From: Reclinomonas americana ATCC 50394
Taxonomy: Eukaryota
Length of the DNA: 64,000 nt
Assembly: GCA_048213135.1 (NCBI GenBank)
Contig: PS015009.1
Coordinates: 1,302,001 to 1,366,000 of the forward strand
Direction: 5' to 3'
The notes below the pieces were generated by a model. That model did no database searches, was not told the origin of the DNA, and saw only the letters and a program-made list of their open reading frames with translations. Of the stretch, positions 19,525-30,435 are shown one piece after another. A program made the translations under genes and the position numbers. The first letter of the stretch is position 1; each line of letters starts with the position of its first letter.

Positions 19525-20394
19525 ATGCTTAACCGATTATTACACTCCACAGCACTGGCTGCTGTACTCCTATTGTGTGCACTCAGCACAACCGCACAAA
19601 AAGTAAAGGAACCCACCTTCAGCAACAAGGAATGGACAACCCCTTACCAACCCTTCCGCATTGCAGGCAACCTGTATTACGTGGGTACTTACGACCTGGC
19701 CTGCTACCTTATTACCACACCCAAAGGAAACATACTCATTAACACGGGCACTGCGGCTTCGGCCACACAGATAAAGAACAATATTGGCAAACTGGGTTTC
19801 CGCTATGCGGATACCAAAATACTCCTCACCACGCAGGCGCACTACGACCATATGGGCGCTATGGCCGTCATTAAAAAACAAACCGGCGCCAAACTAATGG
19901 TACAGGAAAAAGAGGCAGACGTGCTTAAAACCGGCGGTAGCAGCGACTATGCGCTGGGTGGCGAGTTCAGCACTTTTACTCCCGTTCTCCCCGACAAACT
20001 GCTGCAGGACGGCGATACCATAAGCCTGGGCGGCATGCACCTGGTGCTGCTGCATCACCCGGGGCATACCAAGGGCTCGTGCAGTTATTTGTTTACGGTG
20101 AAAGACAATAAGCGTTCTTACAAGGTACTCATCGCCAATATGCCCACTATTGTTACGGAAAAACCATTTGCCGAGGTAACAGAATACCCCTCCATTGCGG
20201 CGGACTACGCCCATACTTTAAAGGCTATGAAAAACATTTCTTTCGATATATGGGTGGCTTCGCACGCCAGCCAGTTTGATCTGCACAAAAAACATAAGCC
20301 CGGCGCACCTTACAACCCCGCAGCTTTCTTTGACCAGGCAGGATATGATGAGGGGTTGGCAGATCTGCAAAAGGAATATGATGAGAAGAAGTAG
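19525..20394 (+). CDS. bla: Subclass B3 metallo-beta-lactamase, GOB-like (Gln116)
   Basis: Signal peptide, PFRIAGNLYYVGT, zinc motif TQAHYDH, HPGHTKGS and ASHA; TACCTTTG promoter element at 19488. Confidence 0.9.
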   Translation: MLNRLLHSTALAAVLLLCALSTTAQKVKEPTFSNKEWTTPYQPFRIAGNLYYVGTYDLACYLITTPKGNILINTGTAASATQIKNNIGKLGFRYADTKILLTTQAHYDHMGAMAVIKKQTGAKLMVQEKEADVLKTGGSSDYALGGEFSTFTPVLPDKLLQDGDTISLGGMHLVLLHHPGHTKGSCSYLFTVKDNKRSYKVLIANMPTIVTEKPFAEVTEYPSIAADYAHTLKAMKNISFDIWVASHASQFDLHKKHKPGAPYNPAAFFDQAGYDEGLADLQKEYDEKK

Positions 20395-20399
20395 ATGTG

Positions 20400-20720
20400 A
20401 GTAGTGAGTATTGAGTAGCAAGACGGGACCATCCGACATTGACAAGTTAGTCTTGATACTGATTTTCTTTACTTCTTTTTTGACTCTGCTTGAAGTACTC
20501 ACCCGGGTCCTCTGCGAGGGACCCCGGCGGAACATCAGGGAGTAGTTAGTAGCTAGTATTGAATATTAAGTATCGAGACAAGACTTTCCCGGCATTGGTA
20601 AGTTCATCTTACTAATAAACTTATTTGCGGCTCTGCTCCTTTGCGAGCCTTGCGTGAAAAAGAGAAATCGGCCCAGCCGGCTTTGGCAAACTCATCTTGC
20701 TACTCAATACTAACTACTAA
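20400..20720 (-). repeat. Cluster of REP-like units (heptamer arms, GGGTC hairpin core, GCAAAG-type repeat)
   Basis: CCCGGGTCCTCTGCGAGGGACCCCGGCGGAAC at about 20502 and TTTGCGGCTCTGCTCCTTTGCGAGCCTTGCGTGAAA at about 20624 match the reverse complement of parts of the 7.6-8.2 kb array. Confidence 0.8.
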
Positions 20721-20758
20721 CTACTTTTTCTACCTTTGCGGCAAATAACAGAACAACA

Positions 20759-21097
20759 ATGGCCGAATTTCCTCCCTGCCCCCTGTGCAAATGCACTTAT
20801 ACTTATGAGATGGATAACCTGCTCGCCTGCCCGGAGTGCGGACACGAATGGAATCCGAATGAAGCTCCTGCAAGCGAGGATGCTTTTGTAGTGAAAGACT
20901 GCAACGGAAATATCCTGCAAAACGGGGACTCGGTGGTTACTATAAAGAACCTTCCGGTAAGGGGCAGCTCTCAAAGTATAAAGGCGGGTACCAAGGTAAG
21001 AAACATTCGCCTGGTAGACAGCGATCACAATATAGATTGCAAAATAGATGGCTTTGGTGCGATGGCGCTTAAGTCGGAGTTTGTAAAGAAAGCGTGA
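20759..21097 (+). CDS. yjdM: Zinc-ribbon protein YjdM (PhnA family)
   Basis: PPCPLC...[23 protein letters not shown] and [24 protein letters not shown]. Confidence 0.92.
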   Translation: MAEFPPCPLCKCTYTYEMDNLLACPECGHEWNPNEAPASEDAFVVKDCNGNILQNGDSVVTIKNLPVRGSSQSIKAGTKVRNIRLVDSDHNIDCKIDGFGAMALKSEFVKKA

Positions 21098-21280
21098 TGC
21101 AAATGTGATGATCTGCCAATTAGATAATTTACCAATTCCTTCACTTCATAGCAGCTTTGCCGATATGCAGGAAGTTTAAGGCTCATTATTAACTTGACAG
21201 TTTGCGAGAGTTCCCGGCGGAACATGGGGGTTCCCGATATGGATAAGCTCGTCTTGCTACTCAATACTCACTACTCACGA

Positions 21281-21820
21281 CTACTTCTTCCCCTGTAATC
21301 CTTTTATAATTCCATCTTCAATGGTTGACTTCATGGTGATTACGGAATCCAGCTTGTCGTTGGGTACGGTGGTGGAGAGTATGTATTGCTTCAGTTTCCA
21401 GTCGGCACCCTGTTTTACTACCACGCCGGAGCCGCGGCAGACTTTCATTTGCGTGTTCAGCAGTTCGTCGAACCAGGCCAGGTCACCGGCAGGACTGAAG
21501 TAGATGTGGCGCTCCAGGGCGGTAAAGTCCCAGGCCTTGCCTTTATCAAAGAAAGGTTTCGCCCATGCCATGAAGGCTTTTTTATCCCAGCGCTCGGTGG
21601 CGTCGGTGCCGGCGAAAATGGCGTCTTCGGTATAGTAATTAAAGTAGCGGTTAAAGTCGGCGGTGGCTGCAGCACGGTTAAAGGAGTCGAGCATGGCGCT
21701 GATTTGCTGTGTTGCTTCGGTGGTGTTAATGGCTGGTGCTGTTTTTTCCTTTGCAGGTTCGCTGCAGGAGCTGATGCTGATGGTAAGAACAAGTGATACG
21801 AATGCGATGAGTTGCTTCAT
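21281..21820 (-). CDS. NTF2/SnoaL-like lipoprotein
   Basis: Lipobox (ISSC), GTDATERW, AWFDELL and CRGSGV. Confidence 0.85.
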   Translation of the reverse strand: MKQLIAFVSLVLTISISSCSEPAKEKTAPAINTTEATQQISAMLDSFNRAAATADFNRYFNYYTEDAIFAGTDATERWDKKAFMAWAKPFFDKGKAWDFTALERHIYFSPAGDLAWFDELLNTQMKVCRGSGVVVKQGADWKLKQYILSTTVPNDKLDSVITMKSTIEDGIIKGLQGKK

Positions 21821-22133
21821 GGTTGTTGTTTTTCGGGGGTAAAAGATAGGACAAAATGTGCGGAATAAGATAAGTAGTAAATAGCAGGTATTGAGTATTG
21901 AGACGGACTTATTCATACCTGCAGGCTCCATCATGCTACTTGCTACTCAATACTAACTACTACCCTCCACCGAACGTAGTTTTACCCATTCTTCCCGAAA
22001 ATTCCCTTTTTCCTTTCTCTTTTTGAAAAAAAGATGTACCTTGTTAATGTGTAAAAAATACACATTGTGTTTTAATCCCGCTTGCAACCCATTTAACAGT
22101 TAATACTTATCCGTCTGTTAACTATTAAAACAT

Positions 22134-24476
22134 ATGAAAATGAAACAACAACTACCCATGCGTTTCGCATGTTTGCTTTCCATCTCCATTTTTTTATTGA
22201 CTACACACACGAAGGCACAGAACGATGTGATGATGCAGGCCTTTTACTGGAACACTCCCGTAAACGAAGGCACCAAAAACGGCAGCTGGTGGGATACACT
22301 CACGAGCAAAGCCACCACACTGAAGAATGCCGGCATTACCGGTCTGTGGGTACCCTGTCCGTCTAAAGGCAACTGGGGTATTACCGACATGGGTTATGGC
22401 ATCTACGACCATTACGACCTGGGCAACTACAACCAGAAAGGCTCTACCGAAACCCGCTTCGGCAGCAGAACGGAACTGGCTACCATGCTTTCCACTATGC
22501 ATAGTTCGCCCCGCATCAATGTATATGCGGATGTGATCCTTAACCACGTATACTCTGATGACAGTAACGACGAAAGCAACCCTGCTGTTAAAGCCTATAC
22601 TTTTGGCGAGGCACACAGCGGCGCCAATGTAGCTTACCCCACCAACGAGATCAGGTGGGTGATACCTTCTGCGGCGGCGGGCGACTACTACATCCAAATA
22701 AAAGGATTCAACCTGAACTGGGGTGCTTCATCTACGGAACGCGGTTATGATGTGAACATCAACTGGACCGGCGCTTCGTGGACAGACAATGGCGTTTGGG
22801 AAAGCGAACCCAACAATGGCAGCGGTCAATACAACAGCTTCCCCGGATCCGGACATACGGTTCGCGGGCACGCCCAAAACAGTTCCGATGTGGATGAATA
22901 CAAAATCACACTTTCCTCTGCACACGATATCGTGATCAAGTTAACAGCAAGAAGGGAACAGGCAAGTCCGTTTGCCTGGCTGTGGGCCGACCAGGTTAAT
23001 GGCTACTACCCTGTTGCCGTTTGGTATGGCAGCACTAACCTGGCCAATACCACGCTGGAGGCGCATACGAACACGCACATCACTTATGTGAACCACACCG
23101 GAACCGGTGAACCCAACTATTCCTGGAATTACACCCACTTTCACCCGGTAGACGCCAACGACTGGCTGGGCGGCCCCGGCAGCGATGAAGTGATCCCCAA
23201 TACCAAGTTCTTCGGTAATGATTTTAACACCTATTACGATACAGTAAAAAATCGTCTGAAAACATGGGGCTACTGGCTGGCCAACCAGGTGGGCTTTGAT
23301 GGCTTCCGGTTGGATTTTGTTCGCGGTTTCCAGGAATCGTTTGTGTCGGATTGGGTGAACAACCTGCCGCTGCTGAGCGGCAAGCAACGTTTCATCGTTG
23401 GTGAGTACTGGGGTTCTGCCTATCGTATCAAAAGCTGGGTGAACACCGTGGGATCGGGTGGTGCAAAAGTTACCGGTTTTGATTTTCCGTTGAAGAGTTC
23501 GCTTACCGATATGTGCAATGGCAACGGCAGTGGTTATAATATGGCGTGGCTGAACCATGCGGGCATGGTGAGGGACAATTCGGGTAACAGTCTGCCTGAT
23601 TCTACTGTGGTAGGCTTCTTAGAAAACCACGACACCGGCAAGGAGCACGACAAATGGGTGACCAAGGACTGGAAGATGGGATATGCTTTCCTCATCTTCC
23701 ACCAGGCCAAACCCTGTCTGTTCTATCCGCATTATTTTGGCGTTAAACAATACGATGCGCACGACACGACACAACAAGTGCAGGCGCCATCTTCTTTACA
23801 AACCGACATTAACAAACTGATCGAGATACGCAAGGATTACCTGGGCGGTGGCTTATCGGTATTGAGTGAAACGGGTAACCCCTATCCTTCCGGCGACACC
23901 TACAATGTGTATGTAGCCCGCCGCCAGGGCAATGGCACCAAGGCCGGCGCGGTGATCGTGATCAACAACCACGATAACACAACAAAAGGTTTATGGGTAG
24001 ATGTAAACCCTTCCGGTTATGAAAACTGGGCCAGCAAAACACTGGTGAACGCCATGAACGGAACCGATTCCGTGATTGTATACTCAGACGGCAGGGCATA
24101 TTTCTCCGCCCCGCCAAGAGGTTATACCATTTGGGTAAAGAAATCAGATTATGAAGCACTGTCTTCCAAAGGTGTGTTTACCCCGGCAGAAGAACCCGTT
24201 ATTGTTCCTGCTGAAAACAATAATGCATTGATGGTTTACCCGAATCCTGCCAGGGACATCGTTAACTTTTCCCTGCCGGTAAAAGAGACATCGCAGGTGA
24301 ATGTATTCATTACCGATGGTTCAGGAAAAAAAGTAGCGACTTTATACAGTGGCAAAGCGATGAAAGGTACCACACGTTTATCGTGGAACTGCTCCGGTGC
24401 TGCGGCTGGTAATTATTTCTTTATTGCAGATGATGGAAAAAGCATCATCAAACGCCAGGTGATCGTAAGCAGGTAA
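22134..24476 (+). CDS. GH13 alpha-amylase with T9SS C-terminal sorting domain
   Basis: VMMQAFYW, MGYGIYDHYDLG, DVILNH, catalytic GFRLDFVRG / VGEYW / FLENHDT, and a C-terminal VYPNPARD T9SS domain. Confidence 0.92.
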   Translation: MKMKQQLPMRFACLLSISIFLLTTHTKAQNDVMMQAFYWNTPVNEGTKNGSWWDTLTSKATTLKNAGITGLWVPCPSKGNWGITDMGYGIYDHYDLGNYNQKGSTETRFGSRTELATMLSTMHSSPRINVYADVILNHVYSDDSNDESNPAVKAYTFGEAHSGANVAYPTNEIRWVIPSAAAGDYYIQIKGFNLNWGASSTERGYDVNINWTGASWTDNGVWESEPNNGSGQYNSFPGSGHTVRGHAQNSSDVDEYKITLSSAHDIVIKLTARREQASPFAWLWADQVNGYYPVAVWYGSTNLANTTLEAHTNTHITYVNHTGTGEPNYSWNYTHFHPVDANDWLGGPGSDEVIPNTKFFGNDFNTYYDTVKNRLKTWGYWLANQVGFDGFRLDFVRGFQESFVSDWVNNLPLLSGKQRFIVGEYWGSAYRIKSWVNTVGSGGAKVTGFDFPLKSSLTDMCNGNGSGYNMAWLNHAGMVRDNSGNSLPDSTVVGFLENHDTGKEHDKWVTKDWKMGYAFLIFHQAKPCLFYPHYFGVKQYDAHDTTQQVQAPSSLQTDINKLIEIRKDYLGGGLSVLSETGNPYPSGDTYNVYVARRQGNGTKAGAVIVINNHDNTTKGLWVDVNPSGYENWASKTLVNAMNGTDSVIVYSDGRAYFSAPPRGYTIWVKKSDYEALSSKGVFTPAEEPVIVPAENNNALMVYPNPARDIVNFSLPVKETSQVNVFITDGSGKKVATLYSGKAMKGTTRLSWNCSGAAAGNYFFIADDGKSIIKRQVIVSR

Positions 24477-24505
24477 ACGATAGTTTTTTATATAGCGCAT
24501 CAACA

Positions 24506-24542
24506 AAAAATTTCCGGAGCAGCAATTGTTCCGGAAATTTTT
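24506..24542. terminator. Rho-independent terminator
   Basis: AAAAATTTCCGGA...TCCGGAAATTTTT after the amylase. Confidence 0.75.
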
Positions 24543-24651
24543 GCTCTAGCAGTCTTTGTTTTTAGTCCCGAAACCGGTAAGACACATTTTCATAATCTTC
24601 CCGTAACATCCGCGTAGCATTACGTTAATAATTTCGTGCAAAAGGGGCGAA

Positions 24652-25314
24652 ATGTTGTTGAGCATTTTCAGAAGGCAACCACTATTCTTTCTGTGCCTGT
24701 TTGGAGTAACAGTACCGGGGATCATTTGCCTGGTACTGTACCCGTCTAAGGATGTGTTCATTCAACTCAACATTTTCCACAACGATTACCTCAACACTTT
24801 TTTTGCCAACTATACTTTACTGGGTGATGGCGGTTTTACTATTGCCGTATTCCTTGTATTGCTATTGATGGATCGCCTCACGCTGGGTACACAGGTGCTG
24901 GCGGCCTACCTGCTCTCGGGCCTGGCTGTGCAAATACTGAAAATAACCGTAGCCGCACCTCGGCCCAGGGAAGTCATTCCCGCGGAAACCTACACCAACT
25001 TCATAGATGGTATTACCCACTATGGGTTCAGCAGTTTCCCATCGGGGCATACCGCATCTGCTTTTGCGCTGGCAACACTGTTTTGTCTGCATGCTCCGCA
25101 AAAGCAGCTGGGGTTTGTATTTGCCATACTCGCCATTGCGGTAGGATACTCCCGCATATACCTGGGTCAGCATTTTTTGCATGATGTAATGGCCGGCGCT
25201 TTGCTGGGCATCGTCAGCGCATTACTGGTGTACAGGTACGTACAGGAAGTGAAGACCGGCGGGTCGCCTGTTGCCAGGGCATCACAACTGCGCATATCAT
25301 TTGATCAACCGTAA
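24652..25314 (+). CDS. PAP2-family membrane phosphatase
   Basis: K...PRP, SFPSGH and SRIYLGQHFLHDV motifs. Confidence 0.9.
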   Translation: MLLSIFRRQPLFFLCLFGVTVPGIICLVLYPSKDVFIQLNIFHNDYLNTFFANYTLLGDGGFTIAVFLVLLLMDRLTLGTQVLAAYLLSGLAVQILKITVAAPRPREVIPAETYTNFIDGITHYGFSSFPSGHTASAFALATLFCLHAPQKQLGFVFAILAIAVGYSRIYLGQHFLHDVMAGALLGIVSALLVYRYVQEVKTGGSPVARASQLRISFDQP

Positions 25315-25325
25315 AATGAAAATTT

Positions 25326-26249
25326 ATGATCATCACCTTACCGGCGCCGTCGAAAAAATGGAAGCAGGGTATTAAACTGGCGCTGAAGATTGCCATAACC
25401 GTTATATGCCTGGCGTACATTTCACAGAAGATCGATTTTAAAAAATTGTCGGCGGCCATTTTGCACACACAACCTTTGTGGATAGTGCTGGGTGTAATGG
25501 CGTTTATGCTGTCGAAGTTATTTTCTTCATTCCGGTTGAATATTTACTTCAGCAATATTAACCTGCAACTGTCACAATGGAAGAACATTAAACTGTACTG
25601 GCTGGGCATGTTCTACAACCTCTTCCTGCCGGGATCTATTGGTGGCGACGCGTACAAAGTGGTTCGCTTGTCGAAAGACTATAACATTACTTACCGTAAA
25701 ACGGCCGCTGCGGTATTACTTGATCGTTTCAGCGGACTGGCGGCACTGGGTTTGCTGCTGGGCATTTTCTGGGTTGCTGTTTTCAACGGCGGAAATTACA
25801 GTGGCTGGATCATCGCAGGTATGGCGCTGATGATCCCCTGCTTTTATTTCGCTGTTAAAATCTTCTTCCCTTCCTTTATCAGCAGTTTCTGGCCCACTTT
25901 TGCCTGGGGCATGGCCGTACAGGTGCTGCAGGTGGCGGCCATGTACTGTATACTGCGGTCGCTGAACATCCACCAGCATATGGAAGCCTATACACTCATC
26001 TTCCTGGCATCGTCGGTAATGGCGGTGCTGCCCTTTACCATTGGCGGACTGGGCGCCAGGGAACTGGTTTTTGTATGGGGTGCACAATGGTTTTTGCTCG
26101 ACAATACCGTATCCGTTACCGCCAGTGCTTTATTTTATGCGATAACGGTAGTGTCCTCTTCCTTCGGGCTTCCTTTCATTTTCTTTGATCCTTTACAAAA
26201 TTCCGGCGAGGATGTAACTGCCCGCCAGGCTTATGACGCAGCCTCGTAA
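25326..26249 (+). CDS. Lysylphosphatidylglycerol synthase TM-domain (flippase-like) protein
   Basis: Polytopic membrane protein with GMFYNLFLPGSIGGD, LLDRFSG and LPFTIGGLGARE. Confidence 0.85.
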   Translation: MIITLPAPSKKWKQGIKLALKIAITVICLAYISQKIDFKKLSAAILHTQPLWIVLGVMAFMLSKLFSSFRLNIYFSNINLQLSQWKNIKLYWLGMFYNLFLPGSIGGDAYKVVRLSKDYNITYRKTAAAVLLDRFSGLAALGLLLGIFWVAVFNGGNYSGWIIAGMALMIPCFYFAVKIFFPSFISSFWPTFAWGMAVQVLQVAAMYCILRSLNIHQHMEAYTLIFLASSVMAVLPFTIGGLGARELVFVWGAQWFLLDNTVSVTASALFYAITVVSSSFGLPFIFFDPLQNSGEDVTARQAYDAAS

Positions 26250-27808
26250 CGTTTTTACAATTCTTACTCAACATAAGGTCGCCACACTTTTTTTAGTGGC
26301 GGCCATTTTGTTATTTGCCGGTATCGGCCGGTCGCCCATCTATATCCTCGATGAAGCCCGCAACGCACAGGCGGCCAGGGAAATGATGGAACATAAGGAA
26401 TGGATCGTACCTACATTCAACAATGAGTTGCGTTCGCACAAACCACCGCTGCACTATTATTTTATGCGGGGCTCATACACTGTGTTTGGTACCAATGCTT
26501 TCGGTGCCCGTTTTTTTTTCAGCAGTGATGGGCTGGCTTACCATATGGATCACCTGGTTTTTTGCGAAGCGTTTCATCAATAAAGATGCAGCCTGGTGGT
26601 CGGCGGTTGTTTTGCTGCTATCGACACATTTTTTATTTGAGTTCGGGTTAGCGGTTCCCGATCCTTATCTCATCTTTTTTATTACTGCCGGTGTTTTTCT
26701 TTTCTATGCATACATCAAAGAAAACAGGATGTTCTGGTTGCTGTTGTCGGCCGTTTCATTTGCGCTCGCCACCTTAGCAAAGGGCCCTGTAGCCCTGGCA
26801 TTACCCGCGCTGGCCATTGGTTGTTGGTTATTGGTACAAAAACAGTTTAAACGAATATGGTCGTGGAAAATACTGGTGGCGCTTGTTGTATTACCGGCGG
26901 TAGCATTGCCCTGGTTTATAGCGGTGCATAAGGCCACCGGCGGACAGTTTACCCGCGAGTTTTTCCTGCAGCATAATTTATCGAGATATGGCGGTGCTAT
27001 GGAAGGCCATGGAGGCATTTTCCTGCTGGTGCCTTTGTTTGTAGGTATTGGTTTATTGCCCGTGTCTTTTTTCCTGGGTGAGGCCCTAAAAAAAAGGCAG
27101 TGGCTGAAGCAAAATGACCTGGCAGTGCTTGGTGTTTGCGTGGCGGTATCGTTCATCGCGTTTTTCAGTTTCTCGGGAACCAAGCTGCCGAACTATCCCA
27201 TGCCCTGCTACCCTTTTATCGCCCTGCTGTTTGGAGGATGGATACAACGCTGCATTCGGGAGCACATCCGAATAAAAACATATCCCTTCATTGGATTACT
27301 GGTACTGAATATCCTTTTGCTGGGCGGCGCTTTCACCGCTCTACTTATTGAGCCGGCAACAGAAAAAGCAAGTGGCTGGGCATTGATATTTATTGTTCCG
27401 GTTGCGGCGGCGGCCTATAGTTGGAGCATCTTCAAAAGAGACGGGTTACCAAAAGCCTTATCAGTTATCGCGACGGGTTATATCGTTTTCAATTTTCTTT
27501 TTTTAACGCTGGCCTATCCTGCGATCTATCGCCTGAACCCCGTGAGCAAAACGAAACACCTGCTCAACCCCAACGAAACCGTATACAGTTACCAGATCTA
27601 TAACCCGGCTTACAATTTCTGCCTCAACCGGCCGGTGAAAGTGTTTGACCGGAAGGAGTCGATCGACTCGCTGTTGCGGCAAAACCCGTCTGCAAAAATC
27701 ATCACCCGCGCCAACCTGCTGCCCGACCTGGGCGGTATACCTTTCCGTGTGCTGGCGAAGGAACGCGACCTGTTTGAAACTCCTTATACGGTGATCATAG
27801 GTCAATAA
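26233..27808 (+). pseudogene. ArnT-like (GT-C) glycosyltransferase split by a +1 frameshift in a T9 run
   Basis: The 5' part carries DEARNAQAAREM and KPPLHY; the 3' part carries LAKGPVA, LPWF and SGTKLPNY. T9 at 26511-26519; T8 would restore GARFFSAVMG. Confidence 0.85.
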
Positions 27809-27875
27809 AAAAGCGACAGCCGGAACTGTCGCTCAGGAGGTCAGCAATTATTTTTGCAGACCGGGTCCTCCACCA

Positions 27876-28895
27876 TCACTTCTTTTTTGTTTCTTCATTC
27901 GCTTTATCCCAAATGGCAGAAGTGAAAACCTTTTGGATATCGACATTGCTGACGTTCTTATATTCACCTGTTTCGGGCTTCATGCCACCGAGTAATATTC
28001 TTTTCGCATTATCATAGTCGGCCTTGTTGATATAGCCCATTCCTTTTGTTGGGGTAAAGCCGGTCATGATCAGTTTTAAAACCTCCTGCAATTGCTCACG
28101 TTGTTCATCCCTGTTCAGTTCCTTATTGTATTTCATGATGATGTCAAGCGCCTCTTCCGGGTGTTCACTGGTATAGGCCCATCCTTTGAAGGAGGCCTGC
28201 AGAAACTTCTTCAGTTCATCGGGGTGATCGTTCAGGAATTTTTCATTGGTGAAGAGGAGGTCACCCAGTACAGCACTGTTGTAATCCTTTGGTGAAATTA
28301 CCTGCAGGCTGTCACCGGTGTAGCCGTTTCTTTTGATCTGGTTCAGTTCATTATATATCATCACCTGGCCAAGCACATACTCATCTTCAAGAAATGGCGC
28401 CACCGAAAATTTCTGCGGGATCACTTTTACATCGCTAAGACTCATTCCGACAGATTTCAGCATAGAGATGAATTCAATTTCATCGCCACCGAGCCACAAG
28501 CCAACGGGCTTTCCTTTCAATTGCTGGAGGCTGTCGATGCGGTTCTTTTTTTTCAAAACAAACCTGTTGGGCGAGTCCTGGAACAATTGTGCTATAGCTA
28601 CCAGTGGAACCCCATTCGATCTTGCAGATATCAGCTGCGGTATAATGCCGATGCCAATATCATCGCTTCCAGACGCCACCGTGGTATAGGGCTTCAGGTC
28701 AGGGCCGGCCGGCTGGATGTTCACGTCGAGACCTGCATCGTTGTAAAATCCTTTTTCCTTCGCCACCAGATAGCCGCCAAACTGCGCCTGGTAAGCCCAT
28801 TTCAAACGAAGGTTGATCTTTCCTTCTTTTTCGCCGCTGTTACATGAGGATAGTCCGATCAGGACCATACCCAGGAAAATGATTACTCTTTTCAT
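27876..28895 (-). CDS. ABC transporter substrate-binding lipoprotein (NMT1/THI5, NitT/TauT family)
   Basis: Lipobox LSSC, LKWAYQAQFGGYLVAKEKGFY and FLQASFKGW. Confidence 0.88.
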   Translation of the reverse strand: MKRVIIFLGMVLIGLSSCNSGEKEGKINLRLKWAYQAQFGGYLVAKEKGFYNDAGLDVNIQPAGPDLKPYTTVASGSDDIGIGIIPQLISARSNGVPLVAIAQLFQDSPNRFVLKKKNRIDSLQQLKGKPVGLWLGGDEIEFISMLKSVGMSLSDVKVIPQKFSVAPFLEDEYVLGQVMIYNELNQIKRNGYTGDSLQVISPKDYNSAVLGDLLFTNEKFLNDHPDELKKFLQASFKGWAYTSEHPEEALDIIMKYNKELNRDEQREQLQEVLKLIMTGFTPTKGMGYINKADYDNAKRILLGGMKPETGEYKNVSNVDIQKVFTSAIWDKANEETKKK

Positions 28896-28898
28896 AGA

Positions 28899-29660
28899 TT
28901 ACTTTGTTTTATATTTTTTTAAAATTCGTTTTTCAACAAGGGAAACCAGGCAATAGAAGCCAATGCCAATCAGGCAGGCAAGAATAATGTAGCCCCAAAG
29001 CCTGGCAGAATTAAAATTGTAGCTGGCCTGCAGGATGCCAAAACCAAGTCCTTCATTGGAAGAAACAAATTCGGCAACAATGGCGCCGATCACGCACAGT
29101 GTGGCATTCAGTTTCAAACCAGTGAAAATGTAAGGAATCGCGTTGCCCAGTTTATATTTAAAAAGAAATTGCTTTTCCGTTCCGCCATATATGGAGAACA
29201 GCTCCCTGAAACAGGTTTTGTATTCCATAAGGCCGCGATAGGTATTCAGCACAACCGGGAAGAAAGAAATAAACGCCGCCACCACAACTTTAGCCAGCAG
29301 TGTATTACCAAACCAGATAACGATGATAGGGGCGATAGCGATGACGGGTATGGCGTTGGATGCAATCAGGAATGGCAGCGTCATTTTCTGGAAAAAGGGG
29401 CTCTGCGCCATGGCAACCCCCGTGAGGAAGCCAATGAGTGAGCCGCATAAAAACCCCAGTAAGGATTCCACCAGTGTAACGGAAAAGTTGTGCATCATTT
29501 CCTGGCCCGAAGAAGTGTAACAACGCAGGATATCTTCCGGCGCCGGTAATATATACGAAGGCACTTTACCGAAGTAAATGACCAGTTTCCATATCCCTAC
29601 CAGCAGTAGTAATGTAGCGGCGGGGAGCAGGACCGATAGGGTTTTAGTTTTCGATTTCAT
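28899..29660 (-). CDS. ABC transporter permease (NitT/TauT family)
   Basis: ILPAP, IPVIAIAPIIVIWFG and GAIVAEF...GLG. Confidence 0.9.
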   Translation of the reverse strand: MKSKTKTLSVLLPAATLLLLVGIWKLVIYFGKVPSYILPAPEDILRCYTSSGQEMMHNFSVTLVESLLGFLCGSLIGFLTGVAMAQSPFFQKMTLPFLIASNAIPVIAIAPIIVIWFGNTLLAKVVVAAFISFFPVVLNTYRGLMEYKTCFRELFSIYGGTEKQFLFKYKLGNAIPYIFTGLKLNATLCVIGAIVAEFVSSNEGLGFGILQASYNFNSARLWGYIILACLIGIGFYCLVSLVEKRILKKYKTK

Positions 29661-30435
29661 TTTTGAATAGTTCTTTACGGCATTCGGCAATGATCTTAAG
29701 GAAGTCAGCATCATCAAACAGGCTGATGCTTTTTTCTTTACCCATATTTACAGGTATCTCTTTTATGATCACAGCAGGAAGCGTGCTTAATATGAATATC
29801 CTGTCGGCCAGGTAAACTGCTTCCTGGATATTGTGGCTGATGAGTATAGTAGTGATCGCCTGTTCTTTTAATATTTTTTCAAACAGCACTGTCAGTTTTG
29901 TTGCGGTAAGACTATCGAGTGCATTGAACGGCTCGTCGAGCAACAGCAGCCGCGGGGAAAGCAATAATGACCGGGCAAAATTTGTCCGTTGCAGCATGCC
30001 TCCGGAAAGCTGGTGCGGGTAGTAGTTCCTGAATTTTTCGAGGCCCACAATTGTCATCAGTTCCTCAGCCCGTGCCGCAGCCTCTTCTGTGCTGCCGGTA
30101 TTTACTCCAATGACCGATGGCAGCATAATGTTTTCATAAACCGTCTGCTGCTCGATCAATCCTGCATCCTGGAAAGCAAAGCCGATCTTTTTGTTTTTGC
30201 ACAGCGCAGCAGGCGGCTCCCCATCAATAAGTACTGACCCTTTGTAATTGGTGAGCGAGGCAATGCAGCGAAGCAGGGTCGATTTGCCACAACCAGACGG
30301 GCCCAGGAAACAAACCGTTTCCCCGGAACGCACATCAAAATTCAGGTCCTTAAATACCAGCAGCTCTTTTTTGCCCGCAGGAAAGGATTTTTCAAGGCGC
30401 CGTACTTCGACAGCTATTTTTTCCCTGTTGTTCAT
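29644..30435 (-). CDS. ABC transporter ATP-binding protein (NitT/TauT family)
   Basis: GPSGCGKST, LSGGM, LLLDEPF and SH switch. Confidence 0.93.
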   Translation of the reverse strand: MNNREKIAVEVRRLEKSFPAGKKELLVFKDLNFDVRSGETVCFLGPSGCGKSTLLRCIASLTNYKGSVLIDGEPPAALCKNKKIGFAFQDAGLIEQQTVYENIMLPSVIGVNTGSTEEAAARAEELMTIVGLEKFRNYYPHQLSGGMLQRTNFARSLLLSPRLLLLDEPFNALDSLTATKLTVLFEKILKEQAITTILISHNIQEAVYLADRIFILSTLPAVIIKEIPVNMGKEKSISLFDDADFLKIIAECRKELFKNEIEN

